Counted from the first letter of the stretch, positions 50,215 to 63,887 are shown. The stretch: 64,000 nucleotides of DNA from Camelus dromedarius (GCF_036321535.1 NC_087436.1:108378001-108442000), one strand, 5' to 3'. Notes: generated by a model not told the origin, from the letters alone. Made by a program: numbers and translations.

Positions 50215-50822
50215 CCTCTTCTTATTGTCTACAACTTCACATTTTATTCTGTTCCATTCCGTTAGTTCTATCTTGTAGCGCACATAAAAGTCCTCTGTGT
50301 TACCCATATTTACATTATTCCAATATTTGTAGATTCTTACCATTTCCCTTGGTTGTCACTTAGCCAAGTAATAGGCATTTATCTCCTTTAATCTGGCCTC
50401 ATAAATCAAACTTTTCTATCCTCTAATCATATTTTTGTCATTCTGTAAATGGTTTTCAGTTTGTCTGTGTCTTTCTGAAATGGAAGTGCCTCACACATAA
50501 TGCCAATCCAAGGCTAAAATCTTGCTGGCTGCAGTTTCCCATTCTTTCTTTCCAGAAAAAACAAAACAACAACAACAAAAACCACTTCACAGTAAATAAG
50601 TGTAGTAGGGTTCTTTATGGGTGCCAATTTTTTGTTTTGCCAATTAATGCAGTGTAAGTCCTGACTGAGATTGTCTGAACTAAATAAACATTACATTTTT
50701 CCCAAGAGTCAGGGGGACAAGTGTTTAAACCCAGATTCAACACTATTAGTGACACTGCACTTAAATTCTGTGTACCTAACTTTCCTAATATCTAACAGAA
50801 TTAATGCTTTCTCTGGGCATGA

Positions 50823-50945
50823 CAGCAGCCCAGACTAGGGTGCCGTGAGCGAAGTGCGTGAGACACCTGCAGGACCTCAGCAACAGCCCCACCTTGAAGT
50901 TTGCATCCTTGGTGCCTCACTTGCTTCCTCTTAGTTCTAGCCCTT
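50823..50945. mobile_element. MER96-like hAT-Tip100 MITE inside a MIR
   Basis: Imperfect terminal inverted arms 'cagactagggtg...gagcgaag' and 'gtgcctcacttgcttcctcttagttctagccct'. Confidence 0.6.
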
Positions 50946-53900
50946 CTCATGAAGATAAAATAACATGAGAACTGTGAAAAATGCTCTGAAAACTGTGAAG
51001 ATGTGGACAGATATCAGGTCTGGCCATCATTGTTCTTCACCAGTTCAGCTCCACATAACCCGTTAACCGTGGAATAATTACACATGAGGCAGTCCCTTGT
51101 CCATGGTCTTCTCTCCAGTCTCATGAGTTCACTCTTCCAAGCTCCTGGGGGTGCCCTGACCGTGCTATTCCTGCCAACCCAGGCATCTCCAGGCCGGACT
51201 CACCCACTGTACTGTTCAGGTGTGGGCCTTATTATTTCTTTATCATGCCATCAAAATTTGTTCACCTAGATTCCCAGTCAGTTCCATTTAAAAAATTTTA
51301 CCCTGGATCCATTAATTTGTGTCTGCTATCCATTAATATGACACAATCATTAAAAAATCTCTCACAAGGAATGTTTTTCAGTGGAACTGAGCGGATTGCT
51401 GTGGAACAGACTTTTCACTGATTGTATGTATGATTGTGTGCATATGTGTATCTGTGTATGCCTGTGTAGGGTGGTAGAAAACAAAGCTTACCTGACACCA
51501 CCATGGGTAGAAGGGCATTAATCTTGATGGGCCATAACTATTTCATGTGTACTGATACTTAACAGGTTACTAGGTAACTCAAGGATAGACAAATTCTGCA
51601 AGAGTCAGTAGTAGGCTCATATTGGGTGGATAGCTAGATTACCACAGTGGGACACTGAAGAGAAGGCAACTTCCAGGGATCCAGGGAGGTAGCCAACATT
51701 TGGGGACTTTCTAAGCAAAAAGAAGAATCCTGGTAATTGGTAGGCAGGTTTTAGAGGTAGACTATGGATTTAAACATAAAGGAATAACTAATTACACACT
51801 GACTCCCAAGATCACAGCAGGGCTTCAGGCAAGGTTCATTCCACGCTACATCATGGAATCTGTTGGTTTGTTGCTCCATAAGTCTATTCTTACTTCAGAT
51901 GTGATTGATCCAACCACATGCAAATACGACCAGATGAGCACAGCTGTTAGCAAACCTGTCTGAAGGTGCAGAGAATCAACAGTACCTGGTTGATCTTGGA
52001 AAGGAGACAGGCCTTGGCCCCTTTTAAGCTTAGCTTTGGCATTTTCCTCTTTTTGCCTGTGAAGAGAGCAGGCAGGCCCTGAGTACCACATTAGAATTTG
52101 TACTCCCTGAATGTATTTTAATGTGTTTTTTTCTGAGTGACTTAAGTTCTCTTTAAATCTCTGGTGTGTCATCTGCTTAGAGTTGCACCTCATTCTTTCC
52201 AGGTGTGCACAGCCATTATCAAATTAGTAATATTCCAGAGTTCATTTTATTTTTAACAGGAAAAGTTACATTGAGCTTTCTCCATAGCTTGTTTAAGGCT
52301 TAAATATACTTTTTCCCCCCTAAACAATTCCTGATTGAATGAATCTTCATGTTTCTGATGTCTGGGAAAAATATAAACTCAGGAGGATTTTTACTAACCT
52401 TCTAAAGTTACACAATTAAATCCATGAAGAGAGAAATAAACTTCTCTTTACGTCCAGAGTCTTCAACAAAACAAATTCCAAGTTCATGTATAAACTTGCA
52501 GTTATTAGGGATACATATCAGTGAGCAGGACAAAGTAACAGGGTTTTAGAATGAAAAGAAAACAGGTAGTAGTGTATTAGTGTCTTTTCTACTGTGTGGT
52601 GGTACAGTAGTAACAAAGTACTTTGATACACAGTACGTAAGTCTCAAAAATAAAAAGTAAATAACTGATATAATATATAGAAAAAATGACCTTTTCAAAA
52701 TCCCGTTTCAGACTTCAAGGTCAAGAGCTTAAGGGAATGGTGAATCCAAGATGCTTTTTCCAAATCAAATAGAATTGTAGAGGCTTATTTCTACCCTGGG
52801 TAGCAAGAAATTAATTATTAGGGTTTCTGTGACTAACAGTGATGCTGTGAACTTCTAATTATCCCAGGTAATGTAGGCAGGGATAGTACATAATTGAAGT
52901 TCAATGATAACACAAAAGGCTTATTCTAACCATGGATTTTGACTTACTTCCCTAGCAAAACATTGCGTAAGTTAATGAAAAATAGCCAAGTTGCTTACGC
53001 GTTTTACCTCCCTTCCTTGCACATCTCCCCTTTTGGTGACACTGTTTACAAGACATAAAGTAGTCTAAATATGATGAGAAGGGGCTGTGCCTTTTCTGTG
53101 AGTTGGATAAAGCTCGAGTTATTTTTCATGATAATGTCAGTGAGGACACATGTGGGCTTCAGGCAGACTTTAGGTTCTGTTGACTTCATGCACTTGGAAA
53201 CAATATGCAAGTGGAATCTTGGCCAACCACTCCTGGCTTCAGGAGCCCACGTTTGCTGCTAAGCCAGATGGGACACTCCTGGTGAGGTGAGAGAGAGAAG
53301 CGGCCATGTGAAACTCGAGCCATTACCACGGTTCTCATCACGTCACCAGGGCCCACAAGGCATTTTCAAAAATGCTTACTAATAAGAATGTGGCTCTAAA
53401 AATCCCATTCATTCTCATTCTCACTGATGCAGAGGATTGGTAGCTTGATGGTAGCCAGAATTTAAAGGGAATTCCCAATAGGGGAGCTCCAAAATGTGTG
53501 AACAAAGGCAGCGTCATCGGAACCACTGCATAACCTCCTCACACAGCTTCTTTGAAAGGTAAAAGATCCATTTAAATACACACGTTCTGACAGTAAATAC
53601 TCACATAGACACACGCTTTCCGTTCTTTCTAGTCAAACCTTGTCACTTTATGTGTATAATAGGAATGAATGTTTTTATTTACCATTTTGTTGAAATGATC
53701 TAATTGTTTAAAAAAAAAAGTTGATATAAATACATACTTGCCCATCTGATTTCCTCCATGAATTTTATTGTATCCCCTCCCCAAAAGGAAAGAGAGTCAT
53801 AGAAAAATGATTAAAACTGTTTTTTGGACACTGAGTAACAAACACATTTTTATGATTTTATATTAAGTAATCAAAGTGATTTATATGTTCATTAATGAAA

Positions 53901-54879
53901 ATATGTTGATTAGCTTTATGTTAAAATCATTAGGGCTTAAAAATTATGAAAATGGAACAGTTGGCATGTGAATTGAGAGTGTGATCAAATCCAAGATATT
54001 GTAAAAACAGTTTGCAATATGTGGTACCCCAGACCAGATGTCAGTTTTTCCCTCTTGCTAGTAACAAGCATTTCCATCTCACAAGAACACTGAATACCTT
54101 TCCAGTGTCTCCTGAGTAGCTGACCATTCAAGAAATATGAAGGCTAGAGCGGCTCATGAGAACAAAGTGATGTTACCTGTGAAAATACAGTGCCAGGCAG
54201 TTTGGGTCCCTAAAGAAAGGGAGTATGTGAAACCCTAAGCCAGTTGTTCCCAGTGCAGAAGGTGGCCACTGAAAACCTGGCTTAATAATTTAGAAGCCTG
54301 CATTCATCAGTGTGCATCAATCACCAATTGATTGCTTGCATCACTCACAATCAGGGTGGTAGCTATTAAACTCTATTTTCAAAAATATAAAATTGGATGT
54401 TCAATACAGTAAAAACTTAATAGAAAATAGGAAGAAAGACACAATTTTGCAGATTACTGATTGTCTTAGAACCACTGGATTGTCTTAAAATGTTCTGGAT
54501 TGTCCTGGAATCACTCCAGATTTTCCAGTTCAACTAGCTATTCTGTTGGGTACTAACAAACTGGCTCTCAAAATATGTCCTTCTTTATGCATTGGTATCA
54601 TCAGGCTTCAAATCACCAGGTTGCCAGTGGTCTCACTTTTCCTGCAGACAAGTGATGGACAAACCTCTTTCACACCAAGGTGTTACTGATGCCATTTAAG
54701 TTATTTTCAGGACACCTGAAGTGCTTAATGTGAAAAATGAAATCACTGATGGTGGGATTCTAGGCATGGTGATTCGTTGTTGGAGGATTGTACATCTGAC
54801 TTAAATCCTCCTTGTGTCCTACAGATTGCAGGCCATTAGCATCTTCCTTTCCCCCTCCTCTCTTCCTTCACTCCTTCAC

Positions 54880-55400
54880 TTACTGCAACACTTACTGATC
54901 AACTAATGTATTCCAGGCACGTGGATAAGTACTGAGGCTAGAACAATAAATAAGTTATGATTCCTCCTCTCTAGAACTCATAGTTTCATAAAGGAGATAG
55001 GCCAACAAGTTCATAAATCTTGAAAGGGTAATAATTGAGATAAGTACAAAGCAGAAAGAAGAAGGGGATCAGCCTTCTCTGGTTGGAAGAAAGGGGCTTG
55101 TGAAAGACTCCACCCAAGTGAAAACATTTAAGCCGACTCTTAAATAATGGGTAAGAATTTCTCAGAAGGAAAAAGAAGCAGCTGGAGGAATAAACCTGGT
55201 ATTTTGGCTCCAGCAATAGTTCAGCATGACTTGAAGACAGATTATTGGAAGATGAGGCTGGAGATCTCAGAGGGTTGGGAGGAACCTTGTAAATCTTGCT
55301 ATGGTTTGGGAATTTCATTCAGGAGTCAGTGAGATACCACTGAAAACTGCAGGTGGAGAAAGTCATGTTCCTGTCACTCTAACGACAGCATAGACTGAGG
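54880..55400 (-). mobile_element. L2 fragment
   Basis: 'taatgtattccaggcac...ttcctcctctctagaactcatagtt' and 'agatgaggctggagat'. Confidence 0.65.
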
Positions 55401-56270
55401 GTACATCAGAAGGGGGAAGACAGGCTTAACAGAGTTTTAACAGGCACATATTGAGTGGATCCCATAGGCAAGATATGGCACTAGATTGTGTGTAAACCTC
55501 GGGAGCAAAGGAATCATGACACCCTCCTCATTCTAATTATAACAATAAAAACAATAACTTTTCTTTACTTCTTACTTGATGGTGATATGGATTGCTCCAC
55601 TTGTTTTTAAGTATTTCAGCTCACAAACTCAGCAGCAGCTCAGTGTGTTTTATACACGAGGTAACTAAGGTTAAGAGACGGTATCTGCCCAAAGTTGTGT
55701 AGCTGATAAAGTGTCAAATTAGGATTTGCACCGAGGCAGTGATTTCACTGTGATCTATTGTGATGAGAGTAAAAAAGATATTGATAAAATTGGCCATAAC
55801 CGTAGTGGGAACAGAGCTAGGTCACTGTTGCTATTGCAATAAGAAGCAGGAAAAAAATCTATAAATAATCCACTCTATAGTGAATGCAATCTGGAAGCCA
55901 TGGTGTTAGGGCACCAAGCGTGCTACTCCTCACCCATTCCTAGATCGTGCTCTCTACTTTCTGTACTGCAGTGGATGATGCCAGCTGGTCAATGTGCAGT
56001 CTAGTGCCGGAGGGGCAACCACAGTGCAGCTCTGGCTTCTTCTAACCATTTTCTCCTCTTGCTGCCGTGAGTGACTGATGGACTGCGTCCACTCCAGGAT
56101 TTCAAATCTGTTGACTCCTGTGCATTCAGCAACCAAATGCCTAGTAGCTCTTTGCTGAGCCTCCTCTCAAATTTAGTTTGAAAAAAAATCATAAAATAAA
56201 AATTATCTTTCAACCTCTCATAACCACAGGACACCTGGCATGCTACTCAGCAGCTAGAGCGGAAATATAC

Positions 56271-56931
56271 TGTGGAAAGCAGAATTCTGAGATGGCCCCA
56301 AGATTCCACAGCCTGATGTATATGTCCTGTCAACTCCCTTTTCCTTGAGTGTTTTAAGTAGAATCTGTAACTACGATAGCTATGGATCTGAGTAGGGTGT
56401 GTAACTATGGTAGGGGTATGGGTACCACTACCGTAATTATGGGACTGAATATAGCAGAAGTGATTTTGTAGATGTAATTAAGTTTCCTAATCAGGTGACT
56501 TTGAGTTCATCAAAGGAGACTATCCTGGGTGAGCCTGACCTAATCAAGTAATCCCTGAAAAGAGGTCAGAGAGATTTGAAACATGAGAGAGATTTTCCTA
56601 CTGGCATTGAAGGAGCAAATTAACATGTTCTAGAGAGGGCAAGGAACTAAAAACAGCTTCTAGGAACTGAGAATGGTCCCCGTGCAAGAGCTAACAAGAA
56701 AATAGGGACGTCATTTATACAACCAAGAAGGAAATGAGTTCTGTGAGCAACTGGTGATCACAGAAGCAGACCCAGTGCTTCAGATGTGGTTGCAGCCCCA
56801 GCCTGCACTGTGATTTCTGCTAACCCCAAACCAGACTCTCCATCCAAGGAAACTACAAAATATTAAATTTCTGTTTTTGTAAGCCCTTCAGGTTGTGATA
56901 ATTTGCTATGCAGCAACAGAAAACTACTACA
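56271..56931 (+). mobile_element. MaLR solo LTR, MLT1E-like, complete
   Basis: TGTGG...CTACA termini with an exact 5-bp TSD TATAC (56266-56270 and 56932-56936). Internal 'gattttgtagatgtaattaag...ctaatcaggtgactttgagtt'. Confidence 0.9.
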
Positions 56932-58337
56932 TATACTAATGCCACAGTTCAGATTGGTGCCATCCTCAGTTATCAACCAGCAGGTCATGTTGGACTGGCT
57001 TGTTTTGATGACCTTTCAAAAACTTTGTAAGCTATTCATGGCTGTCTCTATAAATTTAACATAGCATGCCCTCAATTATGTATAAAAGTTAATCTTTTTA
57101 ACTCTTTGAGGCCACATTGTGTTACTTAATTAGTTACATTTCCATTGTGTTGATGACCACTTTTCTTTTCAGTGTGGTCCTACTAAAAAGTCTTAATGTG
57201 TGCTTCGTATAAAACGTAAGCCTAATTAGTATGCAAAATTGATTCTAGCATGATGTAAATATCATGGCTATTATAGTTGATATATTCCTGTTGAAAAGCA
57301 AGGTTATTAAAAAGTGATTAAGTTAGAGTTGTTAGTAATTAAACTACAACATATAAGTTGAATGAGTAATTGCCAAGGGGATTGCTGTGTATTACTTTTC
57401 ATATCTTGTATTTCTTTGGTGCAATAAAATAAAAGAATAAACAATTTTTATACTCTGTTACAGTGAGGAAGTACAACAGCATGTCAACTGTGATGAGGAG
57501 TAATTGGTTGGAAGAAACAATATGTGTAATGAAATCTGGCTAAATATATATCTGGAACTGAGATTTCCCTTAAGCAGGCCTAAAAATCTGTAGAAATTAC
57601 CCTGGGTCTAATGATCACATAAATAATCGTGTTTCAATTATTTGAGTCTTACATAACTTCATAATAAATGAATTATGCTTCAGACAACTTTGTGTCTTTT
57701 GTTACTTTTATAGTATTGATTTAGATAAAGATTATCCCCAGCAGAGTAATGGGAAAAGTCTCCTTGTGGCTGCTGTTTTGTTTTTTATTAGATCTCAAAC
57801 TGAAATGTCCACTTTATCTAAATCAGCTTCACACTTCCAAACATTGACATCCATCAGTTGCTATTTATTTCACTTTGCTTGCTTATTGAGATGGCTGCCT
57901 ATTAGCATCGTCCCTCACTTAAGTGATTACATTTGGAGCCAAAAGGAGGATGCTGGAGATTCACAATCGGAGCCAGGACGTGTAGCGATGCAGAGACATG
58001 TGGGGTGGTTTACAATCTTGCCTCCATTTAGGTTTGCATCTGGAGCTCCCTGGTGAAAGAAAGTTGTGATGCATGCAGGGAATGAATCATCAAAAATACT
58101 TTGACAACATGGAATGGAAACTTGTATCTATTCACAAATGACTTAAAAATACCTTACTCCTAGTAGAAGAAAAAAACTTTCTAGAGAAGTTTGAGAAACT
58201 GATGAAGCCCTGATCTATTCATAAACCTGTTGAGTTTGTAAAATGTGTGACTCTTGGCTAGTTTTTAATAAGCTGGGGAAATGTCTCCCTGGAGGCCATG
58301 CTACTTACTGGGTGAGAGTGCTGGAGCAGATTAATGC

Positions 58338-58520
58338 AGTGTTTCTTATGGTGTGGTCCAGAGAAGTCCTGCGTTAGAATCATTCGAATGTTTGGTAAAA
58401 ATAGAGATTCATGAGCTCTACCCAAGACCTACTAAATCAGAATCTCTAGGGAAAGTCTGAGAACTCACTTTGAAGATCTGAAGGTAATTCTGATACTGTC
58501 TAAAGTTTGAGCACCAGCAG
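58338..58520. mobile_element. MER5A/B-like MITE
   Basis: 'cagtgtttct...gtgtggtcc', 'agacctactaaatcagaatctctaggg' and 'aaagtttgagcacca'. Confidence 0.8.
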
Positions 58521-59149
58521 TTAATATATATGTATAACAATTCTCTGTTCTCTCTTGCCAGTGCTGGATAATATTGCTACTTACAATTCTTCCCATTTAT
58601 CTTCAATCCTGTAAGGATGCACTAAAATACAATTTCAAAGTATGTCTGAGTCACTGTCTGTTATTCTTCTGTTTAACTACCTTCGCCCACTGAGCACTTG
58701 CCTTTGCTGTTTATTCTGAGGACAAGGTTGCCTGGTGAAGCCTGGTGCAGTGTTGGTCCTTACCATCCAGGGAATTGTCTAGTCATGGAATGTGAGTGTG
58801 ATGCATAGGTGAGGCTGATGAGGCTGATGGAGCCATGGAATATGTCCTTGAAGATGAACTTCCTCAGCAGATAACAGGACTCAGAAAACCCAGTGGAACC
58901 TGGGTAGAACGTGCATTCTGTTGCTACACCAACACCTCATTGTATCTGTTCATTCTGTGGAGTGTTCCAGAATGGAAAGTGACTATGATGTTCTTGAAAA
59001 CCAGTGCTCAGGAAGGTTACATTTTTTTTCCTTTGCAACAGGGATATCTAGATTTCCATTTTTCGTAAGAACAGCAATTTAAAAGTTGTCATTATGAATA
59101 AATTATTCTCACATCACTTGTATTGATGATGGTGGTAAACTTGGTGGAT

Positions 59150-59490
59150 GGGTATGAGCAATGTGTTTCTTTAGATCCAAACTCAACTGCAGATACCCTA
59201 CTCCTTTCTATCCGCATGGTGGCTGGGAGTAATAATAGTGTTTGGCTAATTGAGTTGTTCTTTGAATTTATTGAGATAATTCATGTAAAGCAATTAGAAC
59301 AGCCTTGATGTATAGCAATGGGCTCAAGAAGTAATTACAATAATATATACCCTTTACTGAGCATTTACAATGTGACAGTCTCTGCTCTTAAGTGCTTTGC
59401 ATGAATCATCTCCGCAACTTGCCCAAAGTCAGGAAGCTCTAATGCAGCCGAACGGGGATTTGAACGAGAAGCTTGCTCCTCACTTCTGCA
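59150..59490. mobile_element. Tail-to-tail MIR pair (+ then -)
   Basis: 'tgagataattcatgtaaagcaattagaacag' followed by 'tttactgagcatttacaatgtg...aacttgcccaaagtca'. Confidence 0.6.
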
Positions 59491-60087
59491 TTATCCTGGT
59501 GCTTCTTTGAGTGTGGGTCATTCTTTCTTCACATTATTGAAATACATTTCTCATTTGAGGCCTTGCTGCTTAATTTTGCTTCAGGTCATTTTAAAGGGAC
59601 AGATATCCTACTTAGTCATAGGATTTAGCCAGGCTTCTCTTCTTTGAGTAGCTGCCGAAAGAGAGGAAGGAGTTAGATGAGGCAGGCAACTGATGCTCAG
59701 TTGGCGTATCACAGTGGATATGGCCTGAGAACTGAGGGAAGGGACTTCATGGGAGCATCAGGGCAAGTAGCTTGGCTGGCTTTGAGTATTTTTCAGGCTC
59801 TGGTTGAATTCTCTGGCAAGACTAGTTTAATTCCTCACCGGTCATGTAATGCAGACTGCCCTTGCTATGAAAAAAAGCCACCAAAGATTTGCGTTGGACA
59901 AGCCCAGCGCGCTGAAGTTGATCTTAGTTCCATTCCCCTCCCTCCCACTGCCACTCAAGCCTAAGCGGGGTCTCCTGCTCTCCTGGTCCTTTCCATACTT
60001 CCTTCAAGGCTTTCATCAGGGCTGCTGTGCACGGTGGTAGTTTGCAACTGCATTTTGCAGTTGCTCTAAACACTCTCTAATCTTGAT

Positions 60088-60295
60088 TTCTGGAATCAGA
60101 CCTGGGTTTAAATCCTGGGTTGGATATTTCCTGATGTAATCTGCCAAGCCCTCTGTTCCTCAATTTTACCTTGTACAGTGGAGATAATGATCCCTACCTC
60201 ACAGGGTTTATGTGAGGATGCGGTAAAAGAATCCATATAAAGTGCTTAGTTCACTAATCTGTCAAATAATGATTAGGCTGAAAATATTAGCTACT
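60088..60295 (+). mobile_element. MIR
   Basis: 'tctggaatcagacctgggtttaaatcctgg' and 'ccctacctcacagggtttatgtgaggat'. Confidence 0.8.
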
Positions 60296-61622
60296 GTCAT
60301 CTAAATTTTGTTTTTGTAGATTTTAAGCTTTTCAAAGAATGGAAATAGGAATGTTATTACCCATACTACCTTGTATTCTACCTGAACCATAAATCTAACA
60401 AGTAAATAAATGATGAATAATCAGAAATAAATGGAATGAAGTTTAATTTTTGACCAGACCAACTAAATGAGGCTCTAAGACTAGGCTGTAGAGACAGCTC
60501 TTCCCCTGTCCCAACCCCATTTAATACCATCCCCAAATTGGAACCAAAAGACACAGACAGGAATGACTACAGCCCCTTTGTTCCCTGCCTCGGCCTTCGA
60601 AGGGTGGCTCATCTCTCATTTGGGAGGGGAACATTGTTTTCCTTCCAAAAGCCACATTGCTGAACATGAAGCCGAAATGATGATGATTTTGGATAAACAG
60701 CACTTTAGGGATACGCTCTGAAGTGCGAGGGTAAGAGAGTCTCTAATTAAGTGTGCTCCTTTTCCTGGGGACGGGCCAGGGAAGCCTTCCAGCTGCAGCA
60801 GAAGCTGAGTGACTACTCAGCGTTGCTTTGTTGATCCTCCTTTTAAACAGAGACTTGGATCTGCCACTGTCCCCCCTCATTAGCTTCTTGAGAGAACGCT
60901 TTTGGCAAACAATTACAGCAACAAGCCCTTTCTTTCACCGCCACCTCATGCTCTTCCCTTCCCCCACCCCCAACCCCAGGGCAGGGGCACAGAACTTTCC
61001 TGTGTCTAAAATAGCATCATCAATCCAGAATGAGTAAACAGTCTTTTAAAAAATCACAATAAAGTGTGGGTCAGTTATCCCTATGGAGTTTATATGTTAG
61101 TGAAGGAAAGCATTTATCAAGTGCTGAGTGTATACTTGGCCACTGTCAAGCCCAGTACACAGGACTGTCCTGACAGTCAGTGTACAGCTGTCAGCCTGGC
61201 TGGCTTCTGATGCTTTGGGACTTGGGGCAGTTTACTAACTCCTCCCAAGCCTCCACTTCTTCATCTGTAGGATGAGAATGAACATCTTTTTTTTTTTTTT
61301 TTTAACATTTTTTATTGATTTATAATCATTTTACAATGTTGTGTCAAATTCCAGTGTTCAGCACAATTTTTCAGTTATACATGGACATATATATATTCAT
61401 TGTCACATTTTTTTCTCTGTGAGCTACCATAAGATCTTGTGTATATTTCCCTGTGCTATACAGTATAATCTTGTTTATCTATTCTACAATTTTGAAATCC
61501 CGTCTATCCCTTCCCACCCTCTGCCCCCTTGGCAACCACAAGTTTGTATTCTATGTCTATGAGTCTATTTCTGTTTTGTATTTACGCTTTTTTGTTGTTG
61601 TTGTTGTTGTTGTTTTTCTTTT

Positions 61623-62560
61623 TTAGATTCCACATATGAGTGATCTCATATGGTATTTTTCTTTCTCTTTCTGACTTACTTCACTTAGAATGACATTCTC
61701 CAGGGACATCCATGTTGCTGCAAATGGCGTTATGTTGTCGGTTTTTATGGCTGAGTAGTATTCCATTGTATAAATATACCACTTCTTCTTTATCCAGTCA
61801 CCTGTTGATGGACATTTAGGCTGTTTCCATGTTTTGGCTATTGTAAATAGTGCTGCTATGAACATTGGGATGCAGGTGTCATCCTGAAGTAGGGTTCCTT
61901 CTGGATATATGCCCAGGAGTGGGATTCCTGGGTCATACGGTAAGTCTATTCCTAGTCTTTTGAGGAATCTCCGCACTGTTTTCCATAGTGGCTGCACCAA
62001 ACTGCATTCCCACCAGCAGTGTAGGAGGGTTCCCCTTTCTCCACAGCCTCTCCAGCATTTGTCATTTATGGTTTTTTGAATGACAGCCATTCTGACTGGT
62101 GTGAGGTGATACCTCATTGTAGTTTTGATTTGCATTTCTCTGATAATTAGTGATATTGAGCATTTTTTCATGTGCCTTTTGATCATTTGTATGTCTTCCT
62201 TGGAGAATTGCTTGTTTAGGTCTTCTGCCCCTTTTTGGATTGGGTTGTTTATTTTCTTGTTATTGAGTTGTATGAGCTGCTTAAATATTCTGGAGATCAA
62301 GCCTTTGTCGGTTTCATTTGCAAAAATTTTCTCCCATTCTGTAGGTTGTCTTTTTGTTTTACTTATGGTTTCCTTTGCTGTGCAGAAGCTTATAAGTTTC
62401 ATTAGGTCCCATTTGTTTATTCTTGCTTTTATTTCGTCTAGGAGAAAATTTTTGAGATACATGTCATGTAATGTTTTGCCTATGTTTTCCTCTAGGAGGT
62501 TTATTGTATCTTGTCTTATGTTTAAGTCTTTGATCCATTTTGAGTTGATTTTTGTATATG
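61623..62560 (-). pseudogene. L1 ORF2p C-terminal fragment, open from the inversion junction to the natural stop
   Basis: [13 protein letters not shown]...[18 protein letters not shown]...SLICGI*. No promoter and no EN or RT domain. Confidence 0.93.
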
Positions 62561-63095
62561 AATTACACACAGAAAACTATAAACCATTGATGAAGGAAAT
62601 AAAGAAGACTTTAAAAAATGGAAAGATATCCCATGCTCTTGGACTGGAAGAATCAATATTGTTACAATGGTCGCACTGCCCAAGGCAATCTACAGATTTA
62701 ATGCAATCCCTATCAAATTACCCAGGACATATTTCACAGAACTAGAACAAATCATAATAAAATTTATATGGAACCATCAAAGACCTAGAATTGCCAAAGC
62801 ATTACTGAAGAGAAAGAAAGAGGCTGGAGGAATAACTCTCCCAGACTTCAGACAGTACTATAGAGCTACAGTCATCAAGACAGCATGGTATTGGTACCAA
62901 AACAGACATGTAGACCAATGGAACAGAATAGAGAGCCCAGAAATGAACCCACAAACTTTTGGTCAACTCATCTTTGACAAAGGAGGCAAGAATATACAAT
63001 GGAATAAAGACAGTCTCTTCAGCAAATGGTGTTCGGGAAAACTGGACAGCAGCATGTAAAGCAATGAAGCTAGAACATTCCCTTACACCATATAC
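62560..63095 (+). pseudogene. Inverted L1 ORF2p fragment, frameshifted
   Basis: [30 protein letters not shown]...[16 protein letters not shown] and ENWTAACK lie in separate ORFs of the track. Confidence 0.93.
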
Positions 63096-63199
63096 GAGAA
63101 TGAACATCTTCATCTTCTTCAGAAGTGATTGTGAGGATGGGACAGTCAGTGTGCTTAGCCCGGTGTTTGGCAAATTATGTGCTCCCTGGGACTAAGTAT

Positions 63200-63370
63200 C
63201 GTTTAGAAACATTATTGTACAGAATCCTCATAACAGCCCCCAGGGAGGTATACTGGCCCCATTTTGGAGACTAGTAAACTGAGGTTTAGAGAGGTGAAGT
63301 CACTTGAATGAGGTCAAAGATCTGGAGTCAATGTCCAGGTCATGTCTTTCTATTGGTTACTCTAGACTTT
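63200..63370 (-). mobile_element. MIR
   Basis: 'aatcctcataacagccc...aaactgaggtttagagaggtgaagtcacttg'. Confidence 0.8.
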
Positions 63371-63887
63371 CTTTTTTGAAAGGAAAGGCCAGGCTCTATA
63401 GGAGAAAAGGACATTGGAGCAATGCTTTAGTCTGAGTTCAAGCTCTGACTCAAAGCTCACGGTTATTGACAGGGCCACGCTCCCTGTCTAGACTGCATCA
63501 GTGCTCTTCCAGCTGACATCAAAGGGTGCGAGTGGACCCCTTACCAGGGAATTCTCACCGTCCACACTGGTGGTGCTCAGGTACGTTGGACGGGGAACCT
63601 CCTGGTATGCCTTCCTTGTATTGCTTTCCATGGTCACTCATCAGGAACTGCAGATCTTACATTAAACAGTGAGAAAAGGACATGGCCAAGACAGTTCAGT
63701 GTGCAGGCTCGTGGCTCCTCTTAATAAAGTTACTAGGAACACTGGCACTGTGCAGTGGTAACATCCTGAGAGAGTGTACAGAAACCTCACAGGGCTCTGC
63801 AGGCAGACTTGGCCTCTGGATTACAGGGAATGGGGCCTTGGAAGATCAGTGAGGGAGCAGGTGGCTTTTAGGGAAGTGAGAAAATCA

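Larger units (their letters stand above)
61289..63095 (-). mobile_element. Young L1 with a twin-priming 5' inversion, inserted into a MIR
   Basis: Poly(T) and 3' part on the minus strand at 61289-62560; inverted part on the plus strand at 62560-63095. Exact 15-bp TSD GAGAATGAACATCTT at 61274-61288 and 63096-63110. MIR halves on both sides. Confidence 0.97.

Noticed and set aside
52572..52631. Imperfect hairpin (gtgtat..ctactgt / acagtag..atacac) as a possible miRNA
   Set aside because: The stems are short and asymmetric; chance or a decayed MITE is more likely.
54455..54525. Three degenerate 'ctggattgtc' units spaced about 19 bp apart
   Set aside because: Too short and irregular for CRISPR. 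More likely decayed subterminal repeats of an old DNA transposon or a minisatellite.
61300..61620. Excess C/T differences between the two young L1 3' UTRs, suggesting APOBEC3 editing
   Set aside because: Direction cannot be polarised without a consensus. Several differences are at CpG, and others may be subfamily differences.
62125..62745. 206-aa plus-strand ORF crossing the inversion junction
   Set aside because: An antisense L1 frame fused to frameshifted ORF2, with no promoter or expression evidence; a by-product of the inversion.
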